Shown: positions 1 through 8,991 of the stretch, piece by piece
Numbering within the stretch: position 1 is the stretch's first letter
Layout: every line of letters begins with the position of its first letter
Source: Desulfobacterales bacterium
GTDB lineage: Bacteria; Desulfobacterota; UBA8473
Assembly: GCA_016209225.1 (NCBI GenBank)
Contig: JACQWO010000092.1
Coordinates: 24,511 to 88,510, forward strand
Direction of reading: 5' to 3'
DNA: 64,000 nt
Made by a program: the position numbers and the translations under genes
The notes under the pieces: generated by a model
What the model was told of the DNA's origin: nothing
Database searches by the model: none
What the model saw: only the letters and a program-made list of their open reading frames with translations

Positions 1-982
1 CTACAGGACGACCATTAAAGCGGGCAAAACCGGTTATTAAGTTTCTCGCGTGAAGTCCCAGTGTCTCAAAGAAATAACCGTCGTCCACTATCCTTTTGAT
101 AATCTGGAACATATCGAAAGGTTGATATGGCTCTTCGGGCAGTATGTCAAGCAAATCCGGTGATTTTCTTTCGGGATCATCTTTTGTTTCCACACGAGGT
201 GGTTTCTCTTTGTTGTTGGATGGCATAAAAGACAGAAGTTCCTTTGCTTTATCCATGGCGTCTTTGTCGTCCTCTGCTGCTATGTGTGTCTGTCCTGATT
301 TTATGGCGTGGGCTTTGTAACCAGAGAGACTCTCCAGACTGATTTCTTCCCCGGTTTGCGTCTTTACGAAGGCCGGTCCCGCAATACCCATAAACCCGGT
401 GTTTTTTGTTTGGATAAGGAAATCCTGCATTATAGGATGGTATGCCTGTCCGCCCAGACAGGGCCCCATAAGCAGGGCTATCTGAGGGATTATCCCCGAA
501 GCCAGTATTTGAGACCTGAACAGCCAACCATAGCTTTCCAGGGTATCCATCCCCTCCTGAAGACGTGCACCTCCTGAGTCGTTCATACCTATAAACGGCC
601 AGCCATTCTCTTTAGCAAAATCCATAGCACGGGCAAATTTTCTCCCATGATATTCCCCAAAAGTGCCTGCCATAGCTGTATAGTCTTCACTGGCAACAAC
701 GACATGCCTGCCTTTTACCTTACCAAAACCTGTAATAACACCCTCGGCAGGAACTTCCCTTTTATCCATGCCAAAGGCAGTGGTCCTGTGCTTAACGTGC
801 ATTCCTATCTCAGTGAAAGTGCCGGGATCAAAAAAGTATTCTATTCTTTCCCGTGCCGACATCTGTCCCTTTTTATGGCGCTTTTCTATTGCACTGGGGT
901 CTCCCATCTGCAGGATGCGCTCCCGCCTCCTTTTAAGTTCCTCCAAATTTTCCATGTTCTTACTGTGTGTCTTGTTACTCAT
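1..982 (-). CDS. Carboxyltransferase family protein (propionyl-CoA carboxylase beta chain / methylmalonyl-CoA carboxyltransferase-like), N-terminal part; runs off the left edge
   Basis: Read by hand, not in the ORF track because it lacks a stop in the window. Minus-strand ATG at 980-982 preceded by GGAGGA. Translation MSNKTHSKNMENLEELKRRRERILQMGDP...DSGGARLQEG...GPCLGGQAY is typical of the acyl-CoA carboxyltransferase N-domain. Confidence 0.8.
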   Translation of the reverse strand, partial: MSNKTHSKNMENLEELKRRRERILQMGDPSAIEKRHKKGQMSARERIEYFFDPGTFTEIGMHVKHRTTAFGMDKREVPAEGVITGFGKVKGRHVVVASEDYTAMAGTFGEYHGRKFARAMDFAKENGWPFIGMNDSGGARLQEGMDTLESYGWLFRSQILASGIIPQIALLMGPCLGGQAYHPIMQDFLIQTKNTGFMGIAGPAFVKTQTGEEISLESLSGYKAHAIKSGQTHIAAEDDKDAMDKAKELLSFMPSNNKEKPPRVETKDDPERKSPDLLDILPEEPYQPFDMFQIIKRIVDDGYFFETLGLHARNLITGFARFNGRPV

Positions 983-1102
983 AGTTGATCCTCCTTCTGT
1001 CTTTTTCATTCAATAACTCCGCATCTTTTTCCACTGTAATCTCAATTAGAGCTTTCAAATAATAAAATGCGCCTAGCAATTCTGTCTTCTATTTCGCCTC
1101 TT

Positions 1103-1777
1103 TTATTCAAAGCCAGACCAAGTTGTGATGCTCTCTACGGGCTCTCGGGTACTCTCTACCCTGTTCGCGGGAAAATCCCAGTTGGGATAACCAATGGCAA
1201 TGGCAATTATTATCCGTTTGGACTCGGAGATATCGGCAAACTTCCTCACCACATCGGGATACATTACACCCTGGTCCTCAATGCAGGTACCCAGACCATA
1301 ATTCAGTGCTGCAAGGCAGATATTCTGCATCACAGCACCCACATCCATCAGTGGTCCTGCTTCAGATAGAGACCGGTCTGACAAGGCAATGATAGCTGCC
1401 GGTGCATCGAAGTAACGGAACCCTCGCTCCATCCATTCTGCCCTTTTTTTCTTGTCCTCTCTTGATATGTCCATGAGGTGAAAAAGCTGCTTGGCAAGTT
1501 CTACCTGACGCTGTCTGTACACACTGTCAGATGGCCATCCCACAACGGAATGTTCGGGATGAGGCAACGTCCCGGAATTGAGCTTTTCCACATTGCCTCG
1601 TCGGATGTTTTCAAGAACATCTCCTGAAAGCACGATAAACTCCCATGGCTGGGTATTCATTGCTGATGGGGCTCGGCTGGCAATTTCCAAGATTTCTCTG
1701 AGAGTTTCTTTCGGTACGGGATCGGGCTTAAAGTTTCTTATGCTCTTTCGTGTTTTTATGGCTTCTACAATGTCCAT
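1103..1777 (-). CDS. Nitroreductase family protein
   Basis: 224 aa; KSIRNFKPDPVPKETLREILEIASRAPSAMNTQPWEF is typical of the NADH/FMN nitroreductase family. Confidence 0.85.
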   Translation of the reverse strand: MDIVEAIKTRKSIRNFKPDPVPKETLREILEIASRAPSAMNTQPWEFIVLSGDVLENIRRGNVEKLNSGTLPHPEHSVVGWPSDSVYRQRQVELAKQLFHLMDISREDKKKRAEWMERGFRYFDAPAAIIALSDRSLSEAGPLMDVGAVMQNICLAALNYGLGTCIEDQGVMYPDVVRKFADISESKRIIIAIAIGYPNWDFPANRVESTREPVESITTWSGFE

Positions 1778-1958
1778 AAATCTCCTCCTCTTGATGAATT
1801 ACTGGAATTTAAAGAATAGTAACCTGTTAGTGTGAGGGTAGAGTATAATCGAAACATGGCTGTATGTCAATTCACAAAGATGACTCTTATCAGTTGACAT
1901 GCAAATACCTTTTATCCTATACTTTAAGTTTATCTCCCAAAGAGTTGGTCGATGAAAA

Positions 1959-2033
1959 GGGTTCCAGGGGTCAAGGATTCAAGTGGTTAAGTTCCGTTCA
2001 CTTGAACCCCAGTACCCTCGAATCCTTGAATCC
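1959..2033. repeat. Imperfect palindromic REP-like element (GGATTCAAG / CTTGAACCCC units)
   Basis: Intergenic. G-rich left arm and C-rich right arm share units with the element at 8274-8367. Confidence 0.35.
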
Positions 2034-2071
2034 TTTCTTTATTCTTATAAGTTGGTAAAAGAGGAGGGAAC

Positions 2072-2989
2072 ATGTTGCTCGAAGGAAAGAGCGCTATAGT
2101 TACCGGTTCTTCGAAAGGGTTGGGCAGGGCATATGCTATAGCCCTGGCTGGAGCCGGTGCAAAGGTAGTGGTTAACGGAAGAACGGCCGGAGAGGTAGAT
2201 GCGGTAGTTCAGGAGATTAAGAAAAGCGGAGGAGAGGCAGCAGCCTGCGTGGAAAGCGTATCTTCCTGGGAGGGGGCACAGCGCATAATTCAGTGTGCCA
2301 AAGGCAGTTTCGGCTATCTGGACATTCTTGTAAACAACGCTGGGATAACAAGGGACCGTACCCTCTTGAAAATGACAGAAGAGGATTGGGACGAGGTCAT
2401 TGCAATACATATGAAAGGTACCTTTGCATGCGGCAAGTTTGCTGCAATGGAGATGCAAGGACAGGGGAGCGGTCGTATCATCAACGTTACTTCCGGCGCA
2501 GGCCTGATGGGTAATTTCGGCCAGACCAACTATTCTGCTGCTAAGGCAGGGATTGTAGGCATGACCATGACATGGGCCATGGAACTGGCTAAATACGGCA
2601 TAACTGTAAACGCTATCCGCGCCGCTGCCATGACCAGGATGATTCAGCCTCTGGTCGACAGGGCAGTCAAAGAGGCAGAAAAGGCGGGTCTGCCTCAACC
2701 GAAACCAGAAGACCTGGGTATATATCCCCCTGAAGCTGCTGCCCCATTGGTCGTGTTTCTAGCCAGCGATGAGGCAGCATGGATAAACGGACAGGTTATT
2801 GCGATTGATGGACCCAGGCTGGTATTGTGGTCGCACCCCAAACAGGTTCGATCAGCTCATATGTTTCCCCATTGGACTGTGGAAACATTGATGAAGCACT
2901 TCAGGGAGACCGTTGGGACTGAATTGGAAAGATTCGGCACAGATGTCATTTCGTACTTTGATCGTCCAACAGCAGCCAAAAAGGAGTGA
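2072..2989 (+). CDS. SDR family oxidoreductase (short-chain dehydrogenase/reductase)
   Basis: 305 aa; TGSSKGLGRAYA Rossmann motif and NNAGI motif; RBS AGGAGGG upstream. Confidence 0.85.
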   Translation: MLLEGKSAIVTGSSKGLGRAYAIALAGAGAKVVVNGRTAGEVDAVVQEIKKSGGEAAACVESVSSWEGAQRIIQCAKGSFGYLDILVNNAGITRDRTLLKMTEEDWDEVIAIHMKGTFACGKFAAMEMQGQGSGRIINVTSGAGLMGNFGQTNYSAAKAGIVGMTMTWAMELAKYGITVNAIRAAAMTRMIQPLVDRAVKEAEKAGLPQPKPEDLGIYPPEAAAPLVVFLASDEAAWINGQVIAIDGPRLVLWSHPKQVRSAHMFPHWTVETLMKHFRETVGTELERFGTDVISYFDRPTAAKKE

Positions 2990-2999
2990 AACGGAGAGC

Positions 3000-4718
3000 T
3001 TATTTTTTGCGTATCGCCTTCAGAAAAGACTCTACATCGAGGGTATTCAGAACATCCTCCTTTTCAAGCCATCCCCTCCTGGCAACGGCTACTCCAATAT
3101 CCATATAGTCAAACTGATGGAGCACATGGGCATCGGTATTGATAACGACCTTTGCCCCCAGTTCCTTTGCCCGCCTGCATCCAATGTCGTTCAGGTCGAG
3201 TCTCTGGGGATAGGCGTTGATCTCAAGGGTTGTTCCGGTTTCCACGGAAGCCTTAAGTACCTCATCCAGATTAACCTCATATCCCTCACGCTCCCCCAAA
3301 AGCCTTCCTGTTAGATGGCCGATGATGTGCACATGAGGGTTTCTCATGGCCCGAACGATCCTCTCAGTCTGTTCCTCCCTGCTCCTCTTGAATCCGGAAT
3401 GGACAGATGCTATAACCAGATCGAGCCTTGACAGGATATCTTCCGGATAGTCAAGGGTGCCATCGAGACGGATATCCACTTCCGTTCCACAGAGGACCCG
3501 TATCCTCGAAAGTTCACTATTAACCTTTTCAGTCTCTTCTATCTTGGCTATCAGGATATCAATACTGACTCCCCCTGCGATACCTAAGGACTGGGAGTGA
3601 TCGGTGATGGCCACGTACTCGTAGCCCATCTTCATTGCCTTTTCTGCAATCTCTCTGATGGAATGGGCCCCGTCGCTGTAACGGCTGTGGACATGAAGGT
3701 CAGCCTTAATGTCCTTTCTTTGAATAAGGTCTGGAAGAGTCCCCTTAAGGGCAGCTTCGATCTCTCCACGGTCCTCCCGAAGTTCCGGAGGTATGAAAGG
3801 AATGCCCAGGAGTCGGTAAATATCTTCCTCCTTTTCTCCTGCGATCCGGTCGCCGGATTTCTCATCAAATATGCCGTATTCGCTTATCTTGAATCCTTTC
3901 CTGACAGCCATCTCCCTGATTCGGATATTGTGGGCTTTGGAGCCGGTAAAATAGGCTAAAGCCGCGCCGTACTGATCCTGCTTCACCACCCTAATGTCCA
4001 TCTGGTAGCCTTCTTGAGTGAGAACGCTCGACTTAGTCGTCCCCCTTCCCAGCACCTGCCTGACCTCCGGCAGATGGATGAATGTATCCATGACCTTATA
4101 TGGCGAACTTGACGATACCAGGATATCAACATCGCCAATAGTCTCCATTCGGCGTCTCAGGCTTCCGGCAGAATCTATCTGCTCCACACCGGGAATCTCT
4201 CTGAGTTGATCGGTTACCCTTTTCGATATGGCCATAGCATATCCCAGGGTCATCCTTCCAACCCCTTGTTTGTAGAAAGCAATACCCCGCAGGATATTCT
4301 CTTCGGTCTTCTCCTTGATCCCAGGGAGACCCTGGAGTTGGCGAGACTGTGCCATCTCTTGAAGTTCATCAATAGTCGTTATCCCAAGGGCCTCGTGAAA
4401 AAGTTTGGCCTTCTTAGGGCCTAGCCCCTGAATGGCCATAAGGTCAAGGAGATTTTCCGGTATTTCCCTCTTTAGCTCCTCATAATAGCTCATGGAGCCT
4501 ATTCGGAGGTACTCCTCGATCTTTTGGGAAAGGTCTTTCCCAATGCCAGGAATCTCTTTGAGATCTCCTCTGGCGGAGATGGTCGCCAGGTCTTCCGCAA
4601 TGCTCTCCAGATTTAACGCCGCCCTTCTGTATGCCCTTATTTTAAAAGGGTTATCTCCCTTGATCTCCAGGAGATCAGCTATATTGTTGAATATCCTTGC
4701 GATCTCAAGATTTTTCAA
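3000..4718 (-). CDS. polX: DNA polymerase/3'-5' exonuclease PolX (family X polymerase with C-terminal PHP domain)
   Basis: 572 aa; N-terminus MKNLEIARIFNNIADLLEIKGDNPFKIRAYRRAA (Pol beta-like HhH). C-terminal PHP histidine motifs DLHVHSRYSDG...HS. Confidence 0.9.
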   Translation of the reverse strand: MKNLEIARIFNNIADLLEIKGDNPFKIRAYRRAALNLESIAEDLATISARGDLKEIPGIGKDLSQKIEEYLRIGSMSYYEELKREIPENLLDLMAIQGLGPKKAKLFHEALGITTIDELQEMAQSRQLQGLPGIKEKTEENILRGIAFYKQGVGRMTLGYAMAISKRVTDQLREIPGVEQIDSAGSLRRRMETIGDVDILVSSSSPYKVMDTFIHLPEVRQVLGRGTTKSSVLTQEGYQMDIRVVKQDQYGAALAYFTGSKAHNIRIREMAVRKGFKISEYGIFDEKSGDRIAGEKEEDIYRLLGIPFIPPELREDRGEIEAALKGTLPDLIQRKDIKADLHVHSRYSDGAHSIREIAEKAMKMGYEYVAITDHSQSLGIAGGVSIDILIAKIEETEKVNSELSRIRVLCGTEVDIRLDGTLDYPEDILSRLDLVIASVHSGFKRSREEQTERIVRAMRNPHVHIIGHLTGRLLGEREGYEVNLDEVLKASVETGTTLEINAYPQRLDLNDIGCRRAKELGAKVVINTDAHVLHQFDYMDIGVAVARRGWLEKEDVLNTLDVESFLKAIRKK

Positions 4719-4782
4719 GTGTTTTCACCAAAAAATTTATGCTGATGCGAAACGGGGTACTTTTTCAAGGCTCTCTTTATAC

Positions 4783-4918
4783 GTAACTATTCAGGTAGGC
4801 ACAAAGGCACAGAGCACCAAAGGCACAAATTTTTCTAGCCTATTAGCCTATAGGCTACAGGCTATTAGCCTGTTCTTTGTGCCTATGTGCCTTTGCCACT
4901 TTGTGCCTGAGTAGTTAC
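4783..4918. repeat. MITE-like hairpin element with GTAACTAYTCAGG...CCTGAGTAGTTAC terminal inverted repeats (copy 1)
   Basis: Internal arms are built of AGGCACAAA units. A near-identical copy lies at 27773-27895. The same termini recur at 37727-37908 around a different interior. Confidence 0.6.
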
Positions 4919-5025
4919 TTTTATACAAACAAACAGAAATAAAATCAATGCAATTTGCCCAGAATTATCTATAGAGTTTTATAATAGGCTTATCTTCATT
5001 TCAGTGTGCTATATTAACAAGTTAA

Positions 5026-5063
5026 GTGACTAAAGTGAGCTAAAGTTTAAAGTGCCTAAAGTT
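5026..5063. repeat. Short tandem CTAAAGT-unit repeat
   Basis: gtgaCTAAAGTgagCTAAAGTttAAAGTgcCTAAAGTt; the same units form the hairpin at 10413-10455. Confidence 0.4.
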
Positions 5064-5184
5064 ATTTAAAAAGGAAATTCCTATACTATTAAATTAAGGT
5101 GGCTAAGCTAAGGTATCATCGTCAGGGGTGAGGCTGCGGTAGTATGAATAACGGTCGAGGAAGGTCAGATCATAGCCCTTCAGA

Positions 5185-5643
5185 CTATTTTGCCGGCATA
5201 CGCACAGTCAAAACAGGACATGCAGCCCTCCTTACGACCCTCTGTGCCACACTTCCAAAAAGCACACGCCCTAGGCCTGTACGTCCGTGGGTGCCCATAA
5301 TAATAAGATCGATTTCTTTTTCATTAGCTGTTTGTATGATTTCCGAAAACGGTATCCCTTTGGCTATGATAGGGTAGTACTCCTTAAGCATGGCAGCCAT
5401 GGATTTGCATATATCCTCAAGCTGTCCCCTGACCCTTTTTTCTATTTCTTCAAAAATCTTTACCAGAGTTTCGCCGGCCAAAAAGGGTTCTATATATGTC
5501 CAATGCTGGAAACTCTCTTCCACCACATGGATGATATACAACGGGGCCGAAAACTTCTCTGCCATTAATATAGCATAGGGAAAAGCAAAATCGGCAGTCT
5601 CAGAAAAATCGTGGCAAAACAAGATACGCTTTATTTCTACCAT
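5185..5643 (-). CDS. Universal stress protein (UspA family)
   Basis: 152 aa; ILFCHDFSE...LIIMGTHGRTGLGRVLFGSVAQRVVRRAACPVL matches the UspA ATP-binding motif. Confidence 0.85.
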   Translation of the reverse strand: MVEIKRILFCHDFSETADFAFPYAILMAEKFSAPLYIIHVVEESFQHWTYIEPFLAGETLVKIFEEIEKRVRGQLEDICKSMAAMLKEYYPIIAKGIPFSEIIQTANEKEIDLIIMGTHGRTGLGRVLFGSVAQRVVRRAACPVLTVRMPAK

Positions 5644-5735
5644 AGCACCCTCCTTGATTCGGTCAAGGCATTGTCAAAATTTTGGCATCACCTTGATTGA
5701 TAGATTTCAATAGGTTCTCCCCATAACGTGTTCCC

Positions 5736-7028
5736 TTACGTCCAATTAGCCACTCCATGGGGATGAACATAATCAACAACCTTCTGCATCCTGAGGGGCT
5801 TTCTCTTTGGAAACGAGAGTTTCGTACCTCTGGCGATAACTACCACCCCTCCGTCACTCACAAAAAAGCGCTTCCTATCATCTTCCAGGTCATAGCCTAT
5901 TTCTGTCCCCTGAGGCACCTTTACTCCTTTGTCTATGATGGCCCTCCTGATCTTAGAATATCTGCCAACCTCAACACCTTCCATCAGGACGGATTCCCTG
6001 ATATCAGCGTAGCTGTTAACACGAACCAGTGGAGAGAGAACAGAGTTCTGCACCCTTCCACCACTGATTATACACCCCCCCGAAACTATAGAATCCAGGC
6101 AGGCACCCATCCTTCCCCCAGGATACTCCTGGGCAAAGACGGTCTTGGCAGGAGGATACTGGCCCTGATATGTACGTAGGGGCCAGTCAGTGTCATAAAG
6201 ATTGAACTTAGGGTCAGGCGCCACCAGTTCCATATTAGCATCAAAGTAGGCATCAATGGTGCCCACATCCCTCCAGTATTTGGAGTCTTTTTTATTCTCG
6301 TCCCTGAAGTTATAGGCAAAGACCCTGGCCCGGTGGATCATCGCAGGGATGATGTCTTTGCCGAAATCGTGGTGACTCTTCTCACAGGCATCCTCCTCAA
6401 GGGATTCCCTTAAAATATCATTGTTGAATATATACACACCCATATTGGCAAAGAGGGGTTGCTTGCCGTGGAGTGAACCCTCGATTTTGTCGGGCTTCTC
6501 CTCAAAACCGATTACCCTGCCTTCATCATTAACCTTCATGATGCCAAACCGAGAACTCACCTGTTGATCCACCTCTATGGTGGCTACAGTAGCATCAGCA
6601 CCCTTTTCTTTATGAAAGGCAAGCATCCTGGAATAGTCCATCTTATAAATATGGTCAGCAGAGAGGATTAGAAAATATCCGGGGTTTACCGTGTCGGCAA
6701 AGTATAGGTTTTGGTATATGCTATCGGCTGTTCCCTTGTACCAATCTCCGTTAATCCGCATCTGGGGAGGAATTGGGAATATATATTCGTCAAGTTCTGA
6801 ATCGAAGATACTCCAGCCCAACCTGAGATGCTGTTCCAGAGACAATGACTTGTATTGGGTGAGTACCGCAATCTTACGCACACCGGAATTGATGCAGTTG
6901 CTCAAGGTGAAGTCTACCAGGCGATATATGCCTCCAAAGGGCACTGCCGGTTTGGCCCTATCACGCGTTAATGGATAGAGCCGCTCACCCATCCCCCCTG
7001 CCATAATCATGGCCAAAACATCCCTCAT
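5736..7028 (-). CDS. glgC: Glucose-1-phosphate adenylyltransferase
   Basis: 430 aa; AMIMAGGMGERLYPLTRDRAKPAVPFGG N-terminus and left-handed beta-helix C-terminal region. Confidence 0.9.
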   Translation of the reverse strand: MRDVLAMIMAGGMGERLYPLTRDRAKPAVPFGGIYRLVDFTLSNCINSGVRKIAVLTQYKSLSLEQHLRLGWSIFDSELDEYIFPIPPQMRINGDWYKGTADSIYQNLYFADTVNPGYFLILSADHIYKMDYSRMLAFHKEKGADATVATIEVDQQVSSRFGIMKVNDEGRVIGFEEKPDKIEGSLHGKQPLFANMGVYIFNNDILRESLEEDACEKSHHDFGKDIIPAMIHRARVFAYNFRDENKKDSKYWRDVGTIDAYFDANMELVAPDPKFNLYDTDWPLRTYQGQYPPAKTVFAQEYPGGRMGACLDSIVSGGCIISGGRVQNSVLSPLVRVNSYADIRESVLMEGVEVGRYSKIRRAIIDKGVKVPQGTEIGYDLEDDRKRFFVSDGGVVVIARGTKLSFPKRKPLRMQKVVDYVHPHGVANWT

Positions 7029-7078
7029 GGCTAAAACCCCCTCCTTGTATTTCTCCCTTGTGTAAACTTCGTTTTCCT

Positions 7079-7402
7079 TTAAGTCCTTAAATGTTGGACA
7101 TCAGCCTCTATATCGGCTATTAGGTCTAACCCCAACATAGTGGCCAAATCCATGCATTCTTTTCTTAACCCCTTTACTCTTGAGGTAATGCTTTTGGTGA
7201 ACAGGTATCTCATGACAATAACCATCATGGCCATTGCCGGAGTATCCATCGTACCCACCTTTTCGAAGTGAAATTCAGCGATTTTTATCCTGGGGTGAAT
7301 CCCTTCCATGATACTCTCTTTAATAGGGAGGATATTGTTTCGGTTAAGGTCTCCAGATAGGTCTATCTGTGCAACCGTATTGTCTTCGGTTATACGCAGC
7401 AT
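7079..7402 (-). CDS. STAS domain protein (anti-sigma factor antagonist-like)
   Basis: 107 aa; its size and the IDLSGDL...ILPIKE pattern fit SpoIIAA-like STAS proteins. Confidence 0.5.
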   Translation of the reverse strand: MLRITEDNTVAQIDLSGDLNRNNILPIKESIMEGIHPRIKIAEFHFEKVGTMDTPAMAMMVIVMRYLFTKSITSRVKGLRKECMDLATMLGLDLIADIEADVQHLRT

Positions 7403-7426
7403 CTATTCTCCATCCTCGCTAAAAAA

Positions 7427-7639
7427 TCATTTCAGGACAGCTTTTCCATTATTGTTTATGGAAAGACACTCACTTTTCCATAAACACAAGTTCTCATAGC
7501 AGTCGTGCACTCTGCCTGTGGCGTAGCAGTCGATGTTATTTTCTGCTCGTTGAATTGCCCGGATCGTATCTGCCTTTGTCATTCCGGCTGTCTTTACACC
7601 CAGATCCTTAGCCATTCTTCTAACCTCGTTAAAGTTCAT
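7427..7639 (-). CDS. Small hypothetical protein with Rho_N/SAP-like N-terminal helix-hairpin and Cys-rich C-terminus
   Basis: 70 aa; MNFNEVRRMAKDLGVKTAGMTKADTIRAIQ resembles the Rho N-terminal domain; followed by CYATGRVHDCYENLC. Confidence 0.4.
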   Translation of the reverse strand: MNFNEVRRMAKDLGVKTAGMTKADTIRAIQRAENNIDCYATGRVHDCYENLCLWKSECLSINNNGKAVLK

Positions 7640-7686
7640 TTTGTCCCTCCTAAATATGAAATTTTAGACTTGGTTTCATCCTTTCA

Positions 7687-8028
7687 TCAAAAAGGTTGTC
7701 CCTTTAAAACCATATAGGCATATTCAGGCACATTCACCATTCCCAGATTTTTGAAGTTGCCTTCCTGCCCCGATGAAATCCCAAGTATCCTTATTGATTG
7801 AACCGTTTTTTTTAACTCCCGTACAACACTCGAAAGCAAAAAGGTGCCGAAGGTTGTATATTGGTCGATTTCTTTAAGGTCGATGGTCAGATGCTGACAG
7901 TGGGGAGGAAGGGAGTCGTTCAGGAAAGAATAGATATCGTAAACCGTTTTGTGACTGAGCTCTCCCTGAATCTGAATATAAGACTCTTTGCCTGAGTGTT
8001 TGAACAAAAAATTGACAGGGTTGTCCAT
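7687..8028 (-). CDS. STAS domain protein (second paralog)
   Basis: 113 aa; weak STAS-like pattern, adjacent to the other STAS gene. Confidence 0.45.
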   Translation of the reverse strand: MDNPVNFLFKHSGKESYIQIQGELSHKTVYDIYSFLNDSLPPHCQHLTIDLKEIDQYTTFGTFLLSSVVRELKKTVQSIRILGISSGQEGNFKNLGMVNVPEYAYMVLKGQPF

Positions 8029-8047
8029 CAGTTACCCATTTCTCACG

Positions 8048-8100
8048 AGAGCTTTGAAGAAGTCCCCTGAGAGCGAATTCATAAATTTTCAAAGCTCTCA
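8048..8100. repeat. 53-bp miniature deletion derivative of the GAGAGCTTTGAA-TIR MITE
   Basis: gagagctttgaagaagtcccctgagagcgaattcataaattttcaaagctctc is the two ends of the 199-bp element fused. Confidence 0.55.
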
Positions 8101-8145
8101 GGTTAAACAAAACTCCACAGGTAATTAAGAGTATACGCAATTTTC

Positions 8146-8162
8146 ATTCCAACTTTAAAAAG
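8146..8162 (-). promoter_or_regulatory. Candidate sigma-54 promoter (-24 TGG / -12 TTGC) about 120 nt upstream of the STAS gene
   Basis: Minus strand reads tTGGaatgaaaaTTGCg with correct GG-N10-GC spacing. Prediction only. Confidence 0.3.
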
Positions 8163-8273
8163 CCTGGATACGATACCTGAAGAAACCTACAACTAATCTT
8201 ATTGTCTCCTTCGGGGAATGGGAGAAAAACCCTCGCCTTCAGGCGAAGACTTCAGTTCGATCTTTTGCGCCGC

Positions 8274-8380
8274 AAGGGTTCGAGGGTTCGAGGATTCCAG
8301 GATTCAAGAGTGATGAAGAAAAGATTCTCCCTTGACCCCTTGACCCCTTGAACCCTCAAGCTATCGGCTTTAGCCGATAG
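8274..8380. repeat. REP-like imperfect palindrome plus perfect hairpin ctatcggctttagccgatag
   Basis: gggttcgagggttcgaggattccaggattcaag ... cccttgaccccttgaccccttgaaccctcaag. Related to the element at 1959-2033. Confidence 0.4.
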
Positions 8381-8580
8381 GAGTTGACTTCAGATCAGCC
8401 GTTTACTCTTCGATTATGGGGTATTTACCATAATTGCGGTGCGGTGAGTTTGGCTATCTATCCGTAATTTTTGGAGTTTATTGAAAAGAAAGGACTGCCC
8501 CATAAACCAGAAGAGTTATGGGTAAATCCCCATAAATAGATTGGGTAGGGCGGACATTTTTAAAGGTTTAAGGGGGGGAT

Positions 8581-8970
8581 TTAGAGGAATTCTTTCCTGT
8601 CAAGGCCATACTTGGTCAACTTCTCATAAAAGGTCTTATAATTCAATCCTGACTGCCTGGCTGCCTGGGTGATATTCCCCCTGTTTTTGGAGAGCACTGC
8701 CTTCAGGTATGCACTTTCCCATGCATGAATAAGCCCTTCTTTCATTTCTCTGAAGGGCATGCCGGTATCGAGGGGCAAAGGCAGGTTGGTTTGTCTGGAG
8801 AAGGGGCTTGCCTCGGATATGCGCGAAAAATCAAACCTTTGGATTGTCGGCCCCTTTTCTGTCACTACAGATTTTTCTATGACATTTTCCAGTTCCCTTA
8901 TATTTCCTGGCCAGTGGTACTGGAATAGTGAATTTAATGCCTCAGGGGAAAGATTTATTTCAGAATTTTT
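8581..8970 (-). pseudogene. 3' remnant of a sigma-54-dependent transcriptional activator (NtrC family): C-terminal end of the AAA+ domain plus Fis-type HTH only
   Basis: The open frame starts right after the lpdA stop with no start codon: LSPEALNSLFQYHWPGNIRELENVIEKSVV ... GNITQAARQSGLNYKTFYEKLTKYGL. The receiver domain and most of the AAA+ domain are absent. Confidence 0.75.
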
Positions 8971-8991
8971 TCAGAATTCCCCAAAATCATC

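Noticed and set aside
8230-8300. tRNA-like GGTTCGAGG / CAGTTCGATC T-arm-like strings
   Set aside because: There is no acceptor or anticodon stem, and no cloverleaf can be drawn. They are part of a REP-like palindrome.
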